This document shows, in pieces, positions 10,467 through 20,678 of a DNA stretch of 64,000 nucleotides. The translations under genes and the position numbers were made by a program. Under the pieces are notes generated by a model. That model saw nothing but the letters and a program-made list of their open reading frames with translations, ran no database searches and was not told where the DNA came from. Every line of letters begins with the position of its first letter. Within the stretch, counting starts at the first letter, position 1. The DNA lies in assembly GCA_963709405.1 (NCBI GenBank), contig CAVPXM010000030.1, positions 193,785 to 257,784 of the forward strand. Reading direction: 5' to 3'. Source of the stretch: an uncultured Nitrososphaerales archaeon (GTDB taxonomy: Archaea > Thermoproteota > Nitrososphaeria > Nitrososphaerales > Nitrososphaeraceae).

Positions 10467-11847
10467 TACCACGGCAGATACAAAAAATTTTATCTATTTT
10501 GGAAAAAAACATGAGCAGAGTGAAAAGAACACTCCAGTTGATTTAGAAGAAGCAGATCAAAATTTAAGCAGATTTAAGGACAAGTTACTTGAAGTTATTG
10601 GTAGAGAGGTCCTAAAAGAACAAACCCCAACTCTTCAAGAATTAGAATACACGTTGCAGGAGGCACTATCGCAAATTTCACCCTCTTACAAGCATAATGA
10701 AGAGAAGAATCAAGATGACACCAAAGTGGACCAAAATTATTCTAGTACCGGCACGTCAGCATCGATAATTGCACAGTTGATCCAGAGTGGATACATAAAA
10801 AATGATGATGCAAAATGGCTTACTTCGAAAGCCTTTGTAACTATTGGAGAAAAGATCTTAAGGGATTTTATGCGATCGTTGAAGAAGGACGGTTTTGGTC
10901 TCCATGAATCTAACCATCTGGGACATGGCTCGGTTATTTTGGATACAACTAAGAGATACGAAGTTGGTGATGATATCAAATTAGTGAACGTCCCTGCATC
11001 CCTGCTAAATACTGTTCAAAGGATTGCTAAGTATCGAGAGTCAGTTATGCTTCCACTTCAGATTACTATAGATGATTTTGAAGAATTCGAAACGAGACAA
11101 GATCTCAGAGTTGCAGTTGTATATTGTATAGATTTGAGTTCAACAATGAGATATTCGACTATGTATGGGAATATGAGTAGGATAGAAGCTGCGAAGCGAG
11201 CACTCTGGGGCATAGTTACATTGAATAGAAAATTCTTTCCCTCCGACTCGATATATGTCGTAGGTTTTGGCGCACTAGCCTCGAAAATCTATATAAACGA
11301 TATTCCATATTTGAAAACTTTCGAACCCGGTGCTAATCTACTACATTATACGAACTACCAGGCGGCGTTCCGACTTGCAACTAAGATATTGCAAAAAGAT
11401 ACTGCTATGAATAAAAGAATCGTTCTGATAACTGATGGACATCCTAGTGCCTGCTTTATAGACGATGACTCAGAGCAGAACAAGATATTATCCCAGAGGC
11501 CGTATTCCTATTTTTATTCGCCAGACAAGGGTGTCATTGATTCGGTGAAAGCCCATCTCTATATGGACCTTGACGTAAAATCGGGTAATCTTGTTTATCT
11601 ATGCTATCGATATAAGCAGGTGGACCAGTACATAGGTGAAAAAACAATATCAGAAGCGAAAAGGAGTCATAGGTTAGGTATTGAAATCGATACTGTAATG
11701 ATCAGTGAAGAAGACTCCCTATTAGGATATGTTAACGATATGGAAAGGTCGGTTAAAGGAAGATCTTATTATATCAATCCTGCAACAATAGATAAGGTTT
11801 TACTAAATGACTACTTGTATAACAAAAGATTGATAATGACCAAATAG
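10453..11847 (+). CDS. vWA domain protein
   Basis: MIDAS motif DLSSTM, YTNYQAA and ITDGHP; overlaps the upstream AAA gene. Confidence 0.88.
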   Translation: MHQHDTTADTKNFIYFGKKHEQSEKNTPVDLEEADQNLSRFKDKLLEVIGREVLKEQTPTLQELEYTLQEALSQISPSYKHNEEKNQDDTKVDQNYSSTGTSASIIAQLIQSGYIKNDDAKWLTSKAFVTIGEKILRDFMRSLKKDGFGLHESNHLGHGSVILDTTKRYEVGDDIKLVNVPASLLNTVQRIAKYRESVMLPLQITIDDFEEFETRQDLRVAVVYCIDLSSTMRYSTMYGNMSRIEAAKRALWGIVTLNRKFFPSDSIYVVGFGALASKIYINDIPYLKTFEPGANLLHYTNYQAAFRLATKILQKDTAMNKRIVLITDGHPSACFIDDDSEQNKILSQRPYSYFYSPDKGVIDSVKAHLYMDLDVKSGNLVYLCYRYKQVDQYIGEKTISEAKRSHRLGIEIDTVMISEEDSLLGYVNDMERSVKGRSYYINPATIDKVLLNDYLYNKRLIMTK

Positions 11848-11898
11848 AGTTTTGTATGCATCAGCTAAATCCGATCCATTAGTTTTTATGTAAATTAT

Positions 11899-12727
11899 TT
11901 GTCACATAAAAAGAGATTCGATTTGAGTATCGAAGTAAATTACCTTGATTGGAATAACGCTCTTCCGATACTGAATAAGGCTCATGAAGCTGGTTTATTT
12001 TCAATAATCATTGGACCGAAGGGAACTGGCAAGACAACACTTGTGAGGAAATTCGCATCACTAAACAAAAAGGATTTATATTCAGTAAATTTTAGCCTTC
12101 GAACTAGGGAGTCGCATCTTGTTGGTACAAGTACCTATCGATAAAGGTGAAATTAGTTTTGTAGAAGGGATCCTCGTTAAATCTATGCGAAGTGGCGGAC
12201 TGTTATACTTGGACGAGCTAAATGCTGCAGAAGCTGACGTGCTGCTGAGGCTTGATGAAGCGTTGGATGATAGAAGGCAGCTAGTATTAAAAGAAGCTGA
12301 AGGACAGACCATAAATGCCGATCCTAATTGGTCGGTGGTGGCTACAATAAATCCATTATCACATGTAGGAACTAAAGAGCTTCCTCCTCAACTGCTTAGT
12401 AGATTCCCTGTTAGACTCAGGTTAGAATATCCTCCAGAGGATGTTGAGCTAGAAATTGTCAAAAGACATGTTGACTTAGAAAACTCAAAGCTTGATGCAG
12501 TACGCAATGCTATTCGCCTTGCTAAGAATCTCCGCGAAGCGGCTGCAGTAGAGGAACTATATTACAGTCCAAGTTTAAGAGAGACTATCGCTTATTCAAA
12601 GATTCTGAAGAGCGGTCTTTCTGCAAGGGAATCTGCAGAAGTGGTATATGCCAATGCTTATGATCAATGGGGTCAAGTTGAGTATCGCAAAGTGATGGAT
12701 ATGATAACTTCGATATTTGGAACCTGA
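11899..12727 (+). CDS. CbbQ/NirQ/NorQ-type MoxR AAA+ ATPase, +1 frameshift at about 12135
   Basis: GPKGTGKT in the first ORF; LYLDELNAA, ATINP, SRFP and SLRET in the second ORF. Confidence 0.88.
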
Positions 12728-12730
12728 ACC

Positions 12731-14326
12731 ATGTGTAGCCATTTAGAGAGAAGTCCTTCATTTTTAAAAATGCGGAGTGACGTCCTGATTGATATCGGTA
12801 CTTTTTTGGCTAGGAGATGGTCTGGACGAGCAAAGGTAGTCATAACGCTGAATCAAGACAAGATTCCGTTGGCAAAGCCTGAAAAGAATCAGATAGCCCT
12901 GCCCTTTCTAGAATATTATCCTGGAACAGATTTCCAAAAATACAGGCAGTGGAGGGTAGCATTATGGTACGAATCTATGCGCATAGGTAAATCTACGAAG
13001 GTGCTTAGTTACGAACACGCATATGGATTTATACTCAATACTGTTGAAACTAAGCGTATAGAAATACTAGGTTTGAACCTTTGGTATGGAATGTTAAATG
13101 AGCTAATTTTTAATGAAGCTGTATCATGGGTAGGGAGACCACTCCTTAATTCCATGTACGGGCGTCATAAGATTATCGAAGCCTTTTCTCAATACTTTTC
13201 TACCGGTTATATCAAAGGAGAATTATTTGGTCGAGATTTTGAAAAGGTAAGACAAGCCGCAGAATATGCCAACAATATAGTACAGGAAGCGATAACATGT
13301 TCATATTCCACTGATTGGGTCGAGAAACACGTACCAGAGTTGATCAAGATACTAGAACTCAACCCTTTACTTACAATTCCAATTTCCGCTCTAAGAACCA
13401 AATTTGGTTTTTCGATGGCACAAAGTGACATTTTAAAACAGGTTGAGAGGATCGTGAAAAAAAGAAATAAAGACGAAGATATTGCAAAGACTTCCAAACA
13501 GATTATTGAGGGAAATGAAGTTCTAGGCGAGTTTGATACGCTCATCAAGGAAAGTAAAAAAACCGAAATCAAAGGTTATGAGAGTTTAGAGAATTTTGGT
13601 TTAAGTATTCCAGAAAAAATGGATATTGACGAGAGTTCTATGTATGACCCAATTCTTATCCAAAAGATAAAATCGAAATTTAGGGATTGGAAAACAGGGT
13701 GGATAGAAAGGCATGATTATACAGGTGAAGAGTTTGATCAAGAAGTCTACATTGAAAGGCTTCCTAAACCTTTCTTAGCCGATTTCAAACTCTCAATTAA
13801 AACTAAAGTTGCTATTCTACTTGATCACTCTAGCAGTATACAAGACGTAGAGTTAAAATACAAGCAAGCTACGGTAGCGCTTTGCGAGGCACTTTCTTAC
13901 TTAAATATTAAATTCGCTGTTTATGCATTCAGTACGGAGTCAAGACAGGTAAAATGTTGGGTAATAAAACCTCCTAACATAAAGTGGTCAACTATATGTG
14001 TACGTCGCCTGGCCCAAATTAAGGCAAGCGGCGGCACACCTCTGGCTGAAATTTATGCACTGCTTCAACCAATGATTAACTTGTTCAAACCTGATATACT
14101 AGTGACGCTAACTGACGGCGAACCTTCGGATTTTGATGCAGTAAGATCTATGGTCTTATCCTATAAGGAATCTGGCATACACATGGTCGCTTTAGGACTT
14201 GGAAGGAACATTCTCGATTCAATCAACGTGGGTCAAAACTTGAAATATCTAAATTATGAGAAGAGCTTGGCTGTCAGTAGACTAGAGGACATTCCGCAAA
14301 AAGTGTTAAGTCTACTTCGTCATTAA
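12731..14326 (+). CDS. NorD/CbbO-like vWA partner protein
   Basis: C-terminal DHSSSI, GGTPL and LTDGEP motifs; directly follows the CbbQ/NorQ-like gene. Confidence 0.82.
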   Translation: MCSHLERSPSFLKMRSDVLIDIGTFLARRWSGRAKVVITLNQDKIPLAKPEKNQIALPFLEYYPGTDFQKYRQWRVALWYESMRIGKSTKVLSYEHAYGFILNTVETKRIEILGLNLWYGMLNELIFNEAVSWVGRPLLNSMYGRHKIIEAFSQYFSTGYIKGELFGRDFEKVRQAAEYANNIVQEAITCSYSTDWVEKHVPELIKILELNPLLTIPISALRTKFGFSMAQSDILKQVERIVKKRNKDEDIAKTSKQIIEGNEVLGEFDTLIKESKKTEIKGYESLENFGLSIPEKMDIDESSMYDPILIQKIKSKFRDWKTGWIERHDYTGEEFDQEVYIERLPKPFLADFKLSIKTKVAILLDHSSSIQDVELKYKQATVALCEALSYLNIKFAVYAFSTESRQVKCWVIKPPNIKWSTICVRRLAQIKASGGTPLAEIYALLQPMINLFKPDILVTLTDGEPSDFDAVRSMVLSYKESGIHMVALGLGRNILDSINVGQNLKYLNYEKSLAVSRLEDIPQKVLSLLRH

Positions 14327-14983
14327 TTATGCCAACAAATCTTTATCAATTTTCTTCCAATCAGACAGGAATGAATTAAGACCGATCTCAGTAAGGGGAT
14401 GTTTCATCATCTTCCCTAAGATTTCCGGAGGGAGGGTCACCACATCTGCTCCAATCTTGGCTGCCTCGATGACATGTAGTGGATGTCTAATGCTTGCAAC
14501 TAGTGTCTGAGTGTCATATTGGTAATTTCTAAAGATCTGAACTCACTCTTTAACGAGGAGCATTCCCTCTTGTCCAATGTCATCAAGACGTCCGATGAAT
14601 GGACTCACGTACGAAGCACCTGCCTTTGCCGCCAAAATTGCTTGATTAGCAGAGAATATCAGAGTTACGTTAGTAGGAATTCCTTCCTCTTTCAGTCTTC
14701 TTACAGCTATCAGACCGTCAGGTATCATAGGTATTTTAACAACAACATTTTTACCATATTTCACTAATCTGCGAGCCTCCAAAATCATCTCTTCTGACTT
14801 TGTTCCTATCACCTCTAGGCTGACTGGTCCTTTTATCAGGCCAACAATTTCACGCATAATTGCATCAGGATTTTGCTTTTCTTTATAAAGAAGGCTTGGA
14901 TTTGTCGTGATCCCATCTACAATTCCCATATCGTTAAAGGTCCTTATAGAAACTAAATTGGCTGTATCTAAAAATATCTTCAC
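14327..14983 (-). CDS. tal: transaldolase (TalC/FSA type) with an in-frame TGA at 14543-14545
   Basis: IFLDTA, TTNPSL, VKIP and SPFIGRLDD motifs; the same frame continues past the TGA as VQIFRNY...ASIRHPLHV...HPLTEIGL...DW to a TAA. Confidence 0.92.
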
Positions 14984-15954
14984 TTTCTAACTCCTCTCTT
15001 GGAATGAAGTACAGTCTCAACTATCTTCATTGCGCTTAGACCATACTTTTCAAATAAGCTGTCGATCTCGTCATCTCTTGCCGACTCTCCAAATGTGTCC
15101 AGTACTCCTAATCTCTTTACACTGACTGGATATACTTCGGCAGATACTTCTGTCACCGCTCCACCTAGGCCTCCCAAAATGTTGTGCTCTTCTATAGTAA
15201 CAATTGTACCAGTCTCCCTCCCGCACTTCTCTATTAATTCTCTGTCGATTGGTTTAATAGAAAACATATCTACTACTCTGCAACGCAGACCGTGGGTGTA
15301 TTCCAATACCTCGGCTCCCTCTAATGCCTTTACTACCATTAATCCGCATGCCATAATAGTTGCGTCATTCCCATCTCTTAGGATATTTCCTCTTCCAATC
15401 TCAAATGAAGCCTCTTCTTCTGTATATATTATCTTGCCGGATGGTCTTGCAAGCCGAATATAAAATGGCCCAGAAGTGTCAACTATCCTTCGCACGAGAT
15501 GTCTAACTGCAGTTGCATCCGCTGGTACAAGAACCCTCATATTGGGTATAGCTCTCATTGTTGAGATATCTTCGATCTGTTGGTGCGACGCCCCATCCGG
15601 TCCAACGGAAAGCCCGGCGTGAGAAACTACAAGCTTGACGTTAAGGTTAGGATAACATATAGCATTTCTAATCTGATCAAGGCATCGGCCAGGAAGAAAA
15701 GCTGCATACGTACTAGCAAACGCTATTTTACCTGTCATAGCTAGACCTGCTGCTATAGAGACTAGGTTTGCTTCAGCGATCCCAATGTTAAACATCCTTT
15801 CGGGAAATCTATCGCCAAATTTTTTTGTCTTGAGCGACTCAGTAGTGTCTGCACCCACGCAAACTAAGTTAGCATACTGAGCACCTAATTCGACGAGTGT
15901 TTGACCAAATGCCTCTCTCATGTCGGCTTCCTTTCTTTCGTTACTTAATAGCAT
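14980..15954 (-). CDS. transketolase C-terminal subunit
   Basis: GIAEAN, VGPDGASHQ and EEHNILGGLG motifs. Confidence 0.95.
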   Translation of the reverse strand: MLLSNERKEADMREAFGQTLVELGAQYANLVCVGADTTESLKTKKFGDRFPERMFNIGIAEANLVSIAAGLAMTGKIAFASTYAAFLPGRCLDQIRNAICYPNLNVKLVVSHAGLSVGPDGASHQQIEDISTMRAIPNMRVLVPADATAVRHLVRRIVDTSGPFYIRLARPSGKIIYTEEEASFEIGRGNILRDGNDATIMACGLMVVKALEGAEVLEYTHGLRCRVVDMFSIKPIDRELIEKCGRETGTIVTIEEHNILGGLGGAVTEVSAEVYPVSVKRLGVLDTFGESARDDEIDSLFEKYGLSAMKIVETVLHSKRGVRK

Positions 15955-17623
15955 GGAGCTCCTCCTCTATTCCTAACTCACTTGCAAAAGGAATCAATAT
16001 ATGTTTACGTGCCTTCAACCAATCGGTTCTAGTTCCTATTTGACTTGCATTTTCCAGTAGTGTCTTTTCTAAAACGACATTCGCTGTATGTTTTAACTGA
16101 ATGATCGCACCGTTAATATCTGAGCTACCGTATACTGCGTTACCTGCAACCATTATTCTGGCTCCGGCGGCATAAACTTGTTGAAGCGTTGTGGCGTCGA
16201 TTCCTCCATCCGCTTCTAGATACCCAACAAAATCATGTTCGCGAAGCTTTCGACTTATTGTCATCATCTTGGGTAACACCTCAGGTATGAATTTCTGACC
16301 AGCGGAGCCAGGATTTACCGACATTACGATTATCACATCTATTTCTGAGAGGTGGTGATATAACCAGCCGGGAATATTCTTTGATGGGTTAATTGCAATA
16401 CCTGGACTAATGCCATTCTTGAGTAATTTGGATGTAATCACTGAAAACGAATCTTCGGTGCAAGTTTCAGCGTGAACGGTAACAATGTCGCAACGAGCAT
16501 CTATGTATTCTTGAATATGTTCAAGCGGGTCTTCGATCATGAGATGAACATCAAACGGTAAGGTAGTAAGTGGCCTTAGTTTTCGAATGGTATCTGCAAA
16601 GAATGTGACGTTGGGTACAAAGTTACCATCCATCACATCTAGGTGAATCATGTCTGCGCCGGAACGCTCGGCGATTCTAATTTTTTCTTCATAGTTTTCA
16701 CGCTGACCAGCAATGATGGATGGAGCGATCAGAAATTCACTTTGTAGCTCTTGGAGGAGAATAGGGATGTGCTTCTTCGGAGGCGCCTTCCCATGCCATT
16801 GTGGATTGTTTGTCATATGTTTAATTCCATAGCCCTTAACGGTATTGGCGATAATGATAGTAGGCTTATCTTTAACTTCATAGGCCTTGTTGATAGCTTC
16901 GATCAGTTGTTCAACTTTGTGTCCGTTTATCTCTACAACATTCCAATTGAATGCTAACCATTTGTCACGAACGGGGTCAAGTGGCATTATATCTTCAGTA
17001 AATCCATCTTGTTGTATTCTATTACGATCAAGAATAGCTGTGATGTTGTCTAGCTTGAACTTGGATGCAGCCATAGCTGCTTCCCATACCTGACCCTCGT
17101 TTGATTCTCCATCGCCAATGAGAGTGAATATGTGATTTTCTTTTCCATCAAGTCTTGTGGCTAAGGCGATCCCCAAAGAGACGGACAGGCCAATACCCTC
17201 AGAACCACCAGAGTACTCAGTACCTGGCACACTGTATTTTTCTTGTTCTTTTGAATATCTTACAGGATGACCTTGTAACCTGGCACCAAGCTTACGCAAG
17301 GTATCCATCTCACTAATAGGAAAATATCCCGCTACGGCAAGAGTTGCAAAGAACCCTGGAGCAGAATGAGCTTTAGAATTTACAAAATAGTCTCTTTCAT
17401 GCCAGTGCGGTTTTAATGGATCATGTTTCATTTTTCTAAAATAAAGTCCACCCATGATTTCAGCCGCGGAAAATGACGCGCCAGGATGGCCAGATCCAGC
17501 TTCTGCTATGCCTCGGATAGCCAACATGCGGACACTTCTGATCTGCTGCTTTAGATTAAGATAACGCATTTTTAGACCCATTGCAAAACACAACCGCCTA
17601 GCATTTTCTTGGAAATCATACAT
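15941..17623 (-). CDS. transketolase N-terminal subunit fused to ribulose-phosphate 3-epimerase
   Basis: SGHPG and GDGE..EGQVWEA (ThDP motif), then APSI, HLDVMDGNFVPN, MSVNPG and DGG (Rpe) in one frame. Confidence 0.93.
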   Translation of the reverse strand: MYDFQENARRLCFAMGLKMRYLNLKQQIRSVRMLAIRGIAEAGSGHPGASFSAAEIMGGLYFRKMKHDPLKPHWHERDYFVNSKAHSAPGFFATLAVAGYFPISEMDTLRKLGARLQGHPVRYSKEQEKYSVPGTEYSGGSEGIGLSVSLGIALATRLDGKENHIFTLIGDGESNEGQVWEAAMAASKFKLDNITAILDRNRIQQDGFTEDIMPLDPVRDKWLAFNWNVVEINGHKVEQLIEAINKAYEVKDKPTIIIANTVKGYGIKHMTNNPQWHGKAPPKKHIPILLQELQSEFLIAPSIIAGQRENYEEKIRIAERSGADMIHLDVMDGNFVPNVTFFADTIRKLRPLTTLPFDVHLMIEDPLEHIQEYIDARCDIVTVHAETCTEDSFSVITSKLLKNGISPGIAINPSKNIPGWLYHHLSEIDVIIVMSVNPGSAGQKFIPEVLPKMMTISRKLREHDFVGYLEADGGIDATTLQQVYAAGARIMVAGNAVYGSSDINGAIIQLKHTANVVLEKTLLENASQIGTRTDWLKARKHILIPFASELGIEEELHAIK

Positions 17624-17818
17624 TGAAATGCCGCAATATGAAAGATAAAAAGATATGGCTCAACAGTGCCAGTATCACCTAGATTCATTAGAATCTCAGA
17701 AAGAAGCTTCCATAGAAGCCAGATCCAATACTGTCAATGTATATTTTTCCACAATGGAATTTCGTTAAATGCTATGATGGAATAGTTTAAAATAAAGTAT
17801 ACAAACAAACAAGATCTT

Positions 17819-19316
17819 ATGATCCGAATCAAACTAGAAAAAGTCAAGGCGGGTATAAAACAAACTCAACTTTTGGCTCTAGGCGTTTTTGAAGGAGAAC
17901 CAGACTTCCACTTCAAAGGATTGGAGAATAATTCGTCGTCTGCAATCAAGGAAATAGTCGGAAATGGTGAATTCACCGGTAGCTTCGGGTCTAGCTATTT
18001 GTTACCTACCTTTGGAAAGGTGGCCGCCAAAAGGATTATGCTGATCGGGCTGGGCAAGAAAGAAAAGTATACAAACGAACATGCAAGAATTATTGCGGGA
18101 AAAATATCCCTTAAGGTTCAAGAACTTGGATTGAAAGAGTTTAGTCTCGTCCCTTTCTCCATCTTGGATGACGGCCTCACCGAAGCAATTTTCGAAGGAA
18201 TTTCACTGTCTGTATACAAATTTAATAAATATAAATCAGCCCCAGGTGAGCTGACGTGAACTGAACGAAGTAACAATTTTAGTAGATTCGGATGATTCAG
18301 ACATGCAATCCGTCTTGGATAAATCAAGTCAGATAGTTGAGGCAGTGAACTTTTCACGCGACCTGTGTAACCTTCCCCCCAATGAGTGTCCTCCAGCGGA
18401 ATTGGCAAGGGTAGCTATGGCATTGGCAAATGAATACAACTTAAAAATAAGAGTCATAGAGCGCTATGAAATGGAATCGTTGGGCCTAAATGGTATTGTA
18501 TCTGTTGGGAAGGGAAGTAATAATCAGTCAAAACTTATTATTGTGGAATATCAAGGTGCATCAGACAATCAAAAGCCATATCTTCTCGTAGGCAAAGCAG
18601 TCACTTTCGATACTGGTGGGATATCCTTGAAACCGGGTGACAAGATGGATGAGATGAAATTTGATAAATGTGGGGGCTGCAGCGTATTAGCAGTTATTAA
18701 GGCTGCCGCATCTTTGCGTCTACCTTTAAACGTCGTAGCCTTAATACCGTCAGTTGAAAATATGCCATCTGGTAGTTCGTACAGACCTGGAGACATAATC
18801 AAGATGTATAATGGGAAAACCGTGGAAGTCGCCAATACTGATGCTGAAGGGAGAATTATCTTGGCCGACAGCTTAGCATTTGGAGTAAAAACATACGATC
18901 CTAAGGCCGTTATTGATATGGCGACCTTAACTGGAGCTGCAATAATCGCATTGGGAGCAAACGTTGCAGCAGCAATCGGCAATAATACATCTCTCATGGA
19001 TAAATTGAACAAGGCTTCTGAGAAGACTGGTGAAAAATTATGGGAGCTGCCACTATATGAAGAATTTCATGATCAAATTAAAAGTCACGTAGCCGACATT
19101 AGGAATCTAGGTGGAAGACAAGGAGGGGCAATTACAGCTCCGGCATTTCTTGCTAATTTTGTGGGCGATAGACCCTGGGTTCACTTAGACATAGCAGGAA
19201 CCGCCTGGACACAGGACGGAACCTACGAAAAAAGCTATAATCCTAAAGGTGCTACCGGTTATGGAGTTAGAACTCTGATAAGACTTTTACAAGACAATGG
19301 AAGATCCAAAGAATAA
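17819..19316 (+). CDS. pepA: leucyl aminopeptidase (M17), +1 frameshift at about 18254
   Basis: GKAVTFDTGG, MKFDKCG, NTDAEGR and WVHLDIAG motifs; the N-terminal M17 domain lies in the upstream ORF. Confidence 0.93.
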
Positions 19317-19609
19317 TCAACTAATAATAGAAGAATTTACATAAAATTGCAATTATTTTTGCACAACCTAAAATCTACGCTAAGGTGGAATCATACGGTC
19401 CACTACGGGAGACGCCTTGATAATTCATATTGGAAAAGTCCAATGGATTTGTAATTACTAGACCAAACGACAGTAGAGTTATGGGATGCAGATTCGTCCC
19501 CCCAAAGCCCTGCTGAATCATAAAGTTAGATTAGAGTATACCTTTATTATCTAGCTGCATACCAAATTACGTTGTAATCCCTGGGTGATCTGAATTTCCA
19601 TTATTTTCA

Positions 19610-20164
19610 ATGGATGGCCTTGTACTGGAATTGACAGAGTTAGGCGTCATTTGCAGAGTGGGTGATATTGAACGTGACATCGCCATTGAAAGGCGGCCTT
19701 ACTTCGATAGATGGTTGTCAAATAGGGATGGTTTTATTAAACTTAGGGCTGCGAATATTGACTACATTGGAGTAGAAGAGGTGATGCGAATGGGAGCATT
19801 CTTTGATGTATATTGTCTGATTGAAAACCAATTCGTCAGCGAAAATGATGATAATTCCTATACTCTCTTTCAAGCCAGCCCATTCTTCACTTTGCGAAAT
19901 GGTATTTTAGAAACGATGGGATGGAGCGGAGGAGTACTTGCAGGCATTCTTTCAAAAGACGGAATATTAAATGAATTTTTTCGAAAAAGCATCATGGAAG
20001 AGCAGACACGAAGGATTTCTGTTAGGGTAGCTAATCTTGCATGTATTATTCAGACTCGTATTTGGGAATATCATGATCTGGCATCCATTTACAGTATTTT
20101 AGATAGGATAGCCTTGAATATCAGAACCCTAACTGAGCAAATCCATCTTGGCGAGAATATCTAA
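19610..20164 (+). CDS. hypothetical protein
   Basis: 184-aa ORF with ATG start and no recognised motif. Confidence 0.65.
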   Translation: MDGLVLELTELGVICRVGDIERDIAIERRPYFDRWLSNRDGFIKLRAANIDYIGVEEVMRMGAFFDVYCLIENQFVSENDDNSYTLFQASPFFTLRNGILETMGWSGGVLAGILSKDGILNEFFRKSIMEEQTRRISVRVANLACIIQTRIWEYHDLASIYSILDRIALNIRTLTEQIHLGENI

Positions 20165-20280
20165 TTCGACAAAAGACCTAGTATTCCTAACGCTGTCTAT
20201 ATCTAGATTCCAACACTTTTAATGCAATGATATCAATCATCATCAACTCGAACAGAAAGCTATTCAACCTTAAAGTTATA

Positions 20281-20398
20281 GATGCCAGCACTGCTGATTC
20301 CCAACCGCTCACGCAGGTAAGTAACACAGCAGCGACAATAGGTTTGACTTCCGGGTTCGGAATGGGTCCGGGTCGCACCCTCTTGCTATGGCCGGCTT
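20281..20398 (-). rRNA. rrf: 5S rRNA (unlinked from 16S-23S)
   Basis: GCCGGCCATAGC...CCCATTCCGAACCCGGAAGTCAA...GTGCTGGC with pairing ends, about 118 nt. Confidence 0.95.
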
Positions 20399-20678
20399 AA
20401 TGTAAGTGAGAACAAAGGGCAATTTAACCTTATAGCTTGCAATGTAGGCTAAGAGAGTTGAAATTTTACTTTAAAAATCTGCTTAGTATAGCTAAATCGT
20501 GAAGATTAGTCCAGTCATCATCATTCTACATCGTAAATTATTTATTGATAACTTTCAAATTTCAATGGAATTATGTGAATAGTGACATGCCAAGCTATGA
20601 TATTTATTGTGTTCATCAGTACGATAAACAAATATGTGTTCAGAACGCATATAATGTACAAATGTGCAATTAGCATAA

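Noticed and set aside
14543-14545. Selenocysteine recoding of the transaldolase TGA
   Set aside because: The position is not a Cys or catalytic site, and no Sec machinery or SECIS is evident
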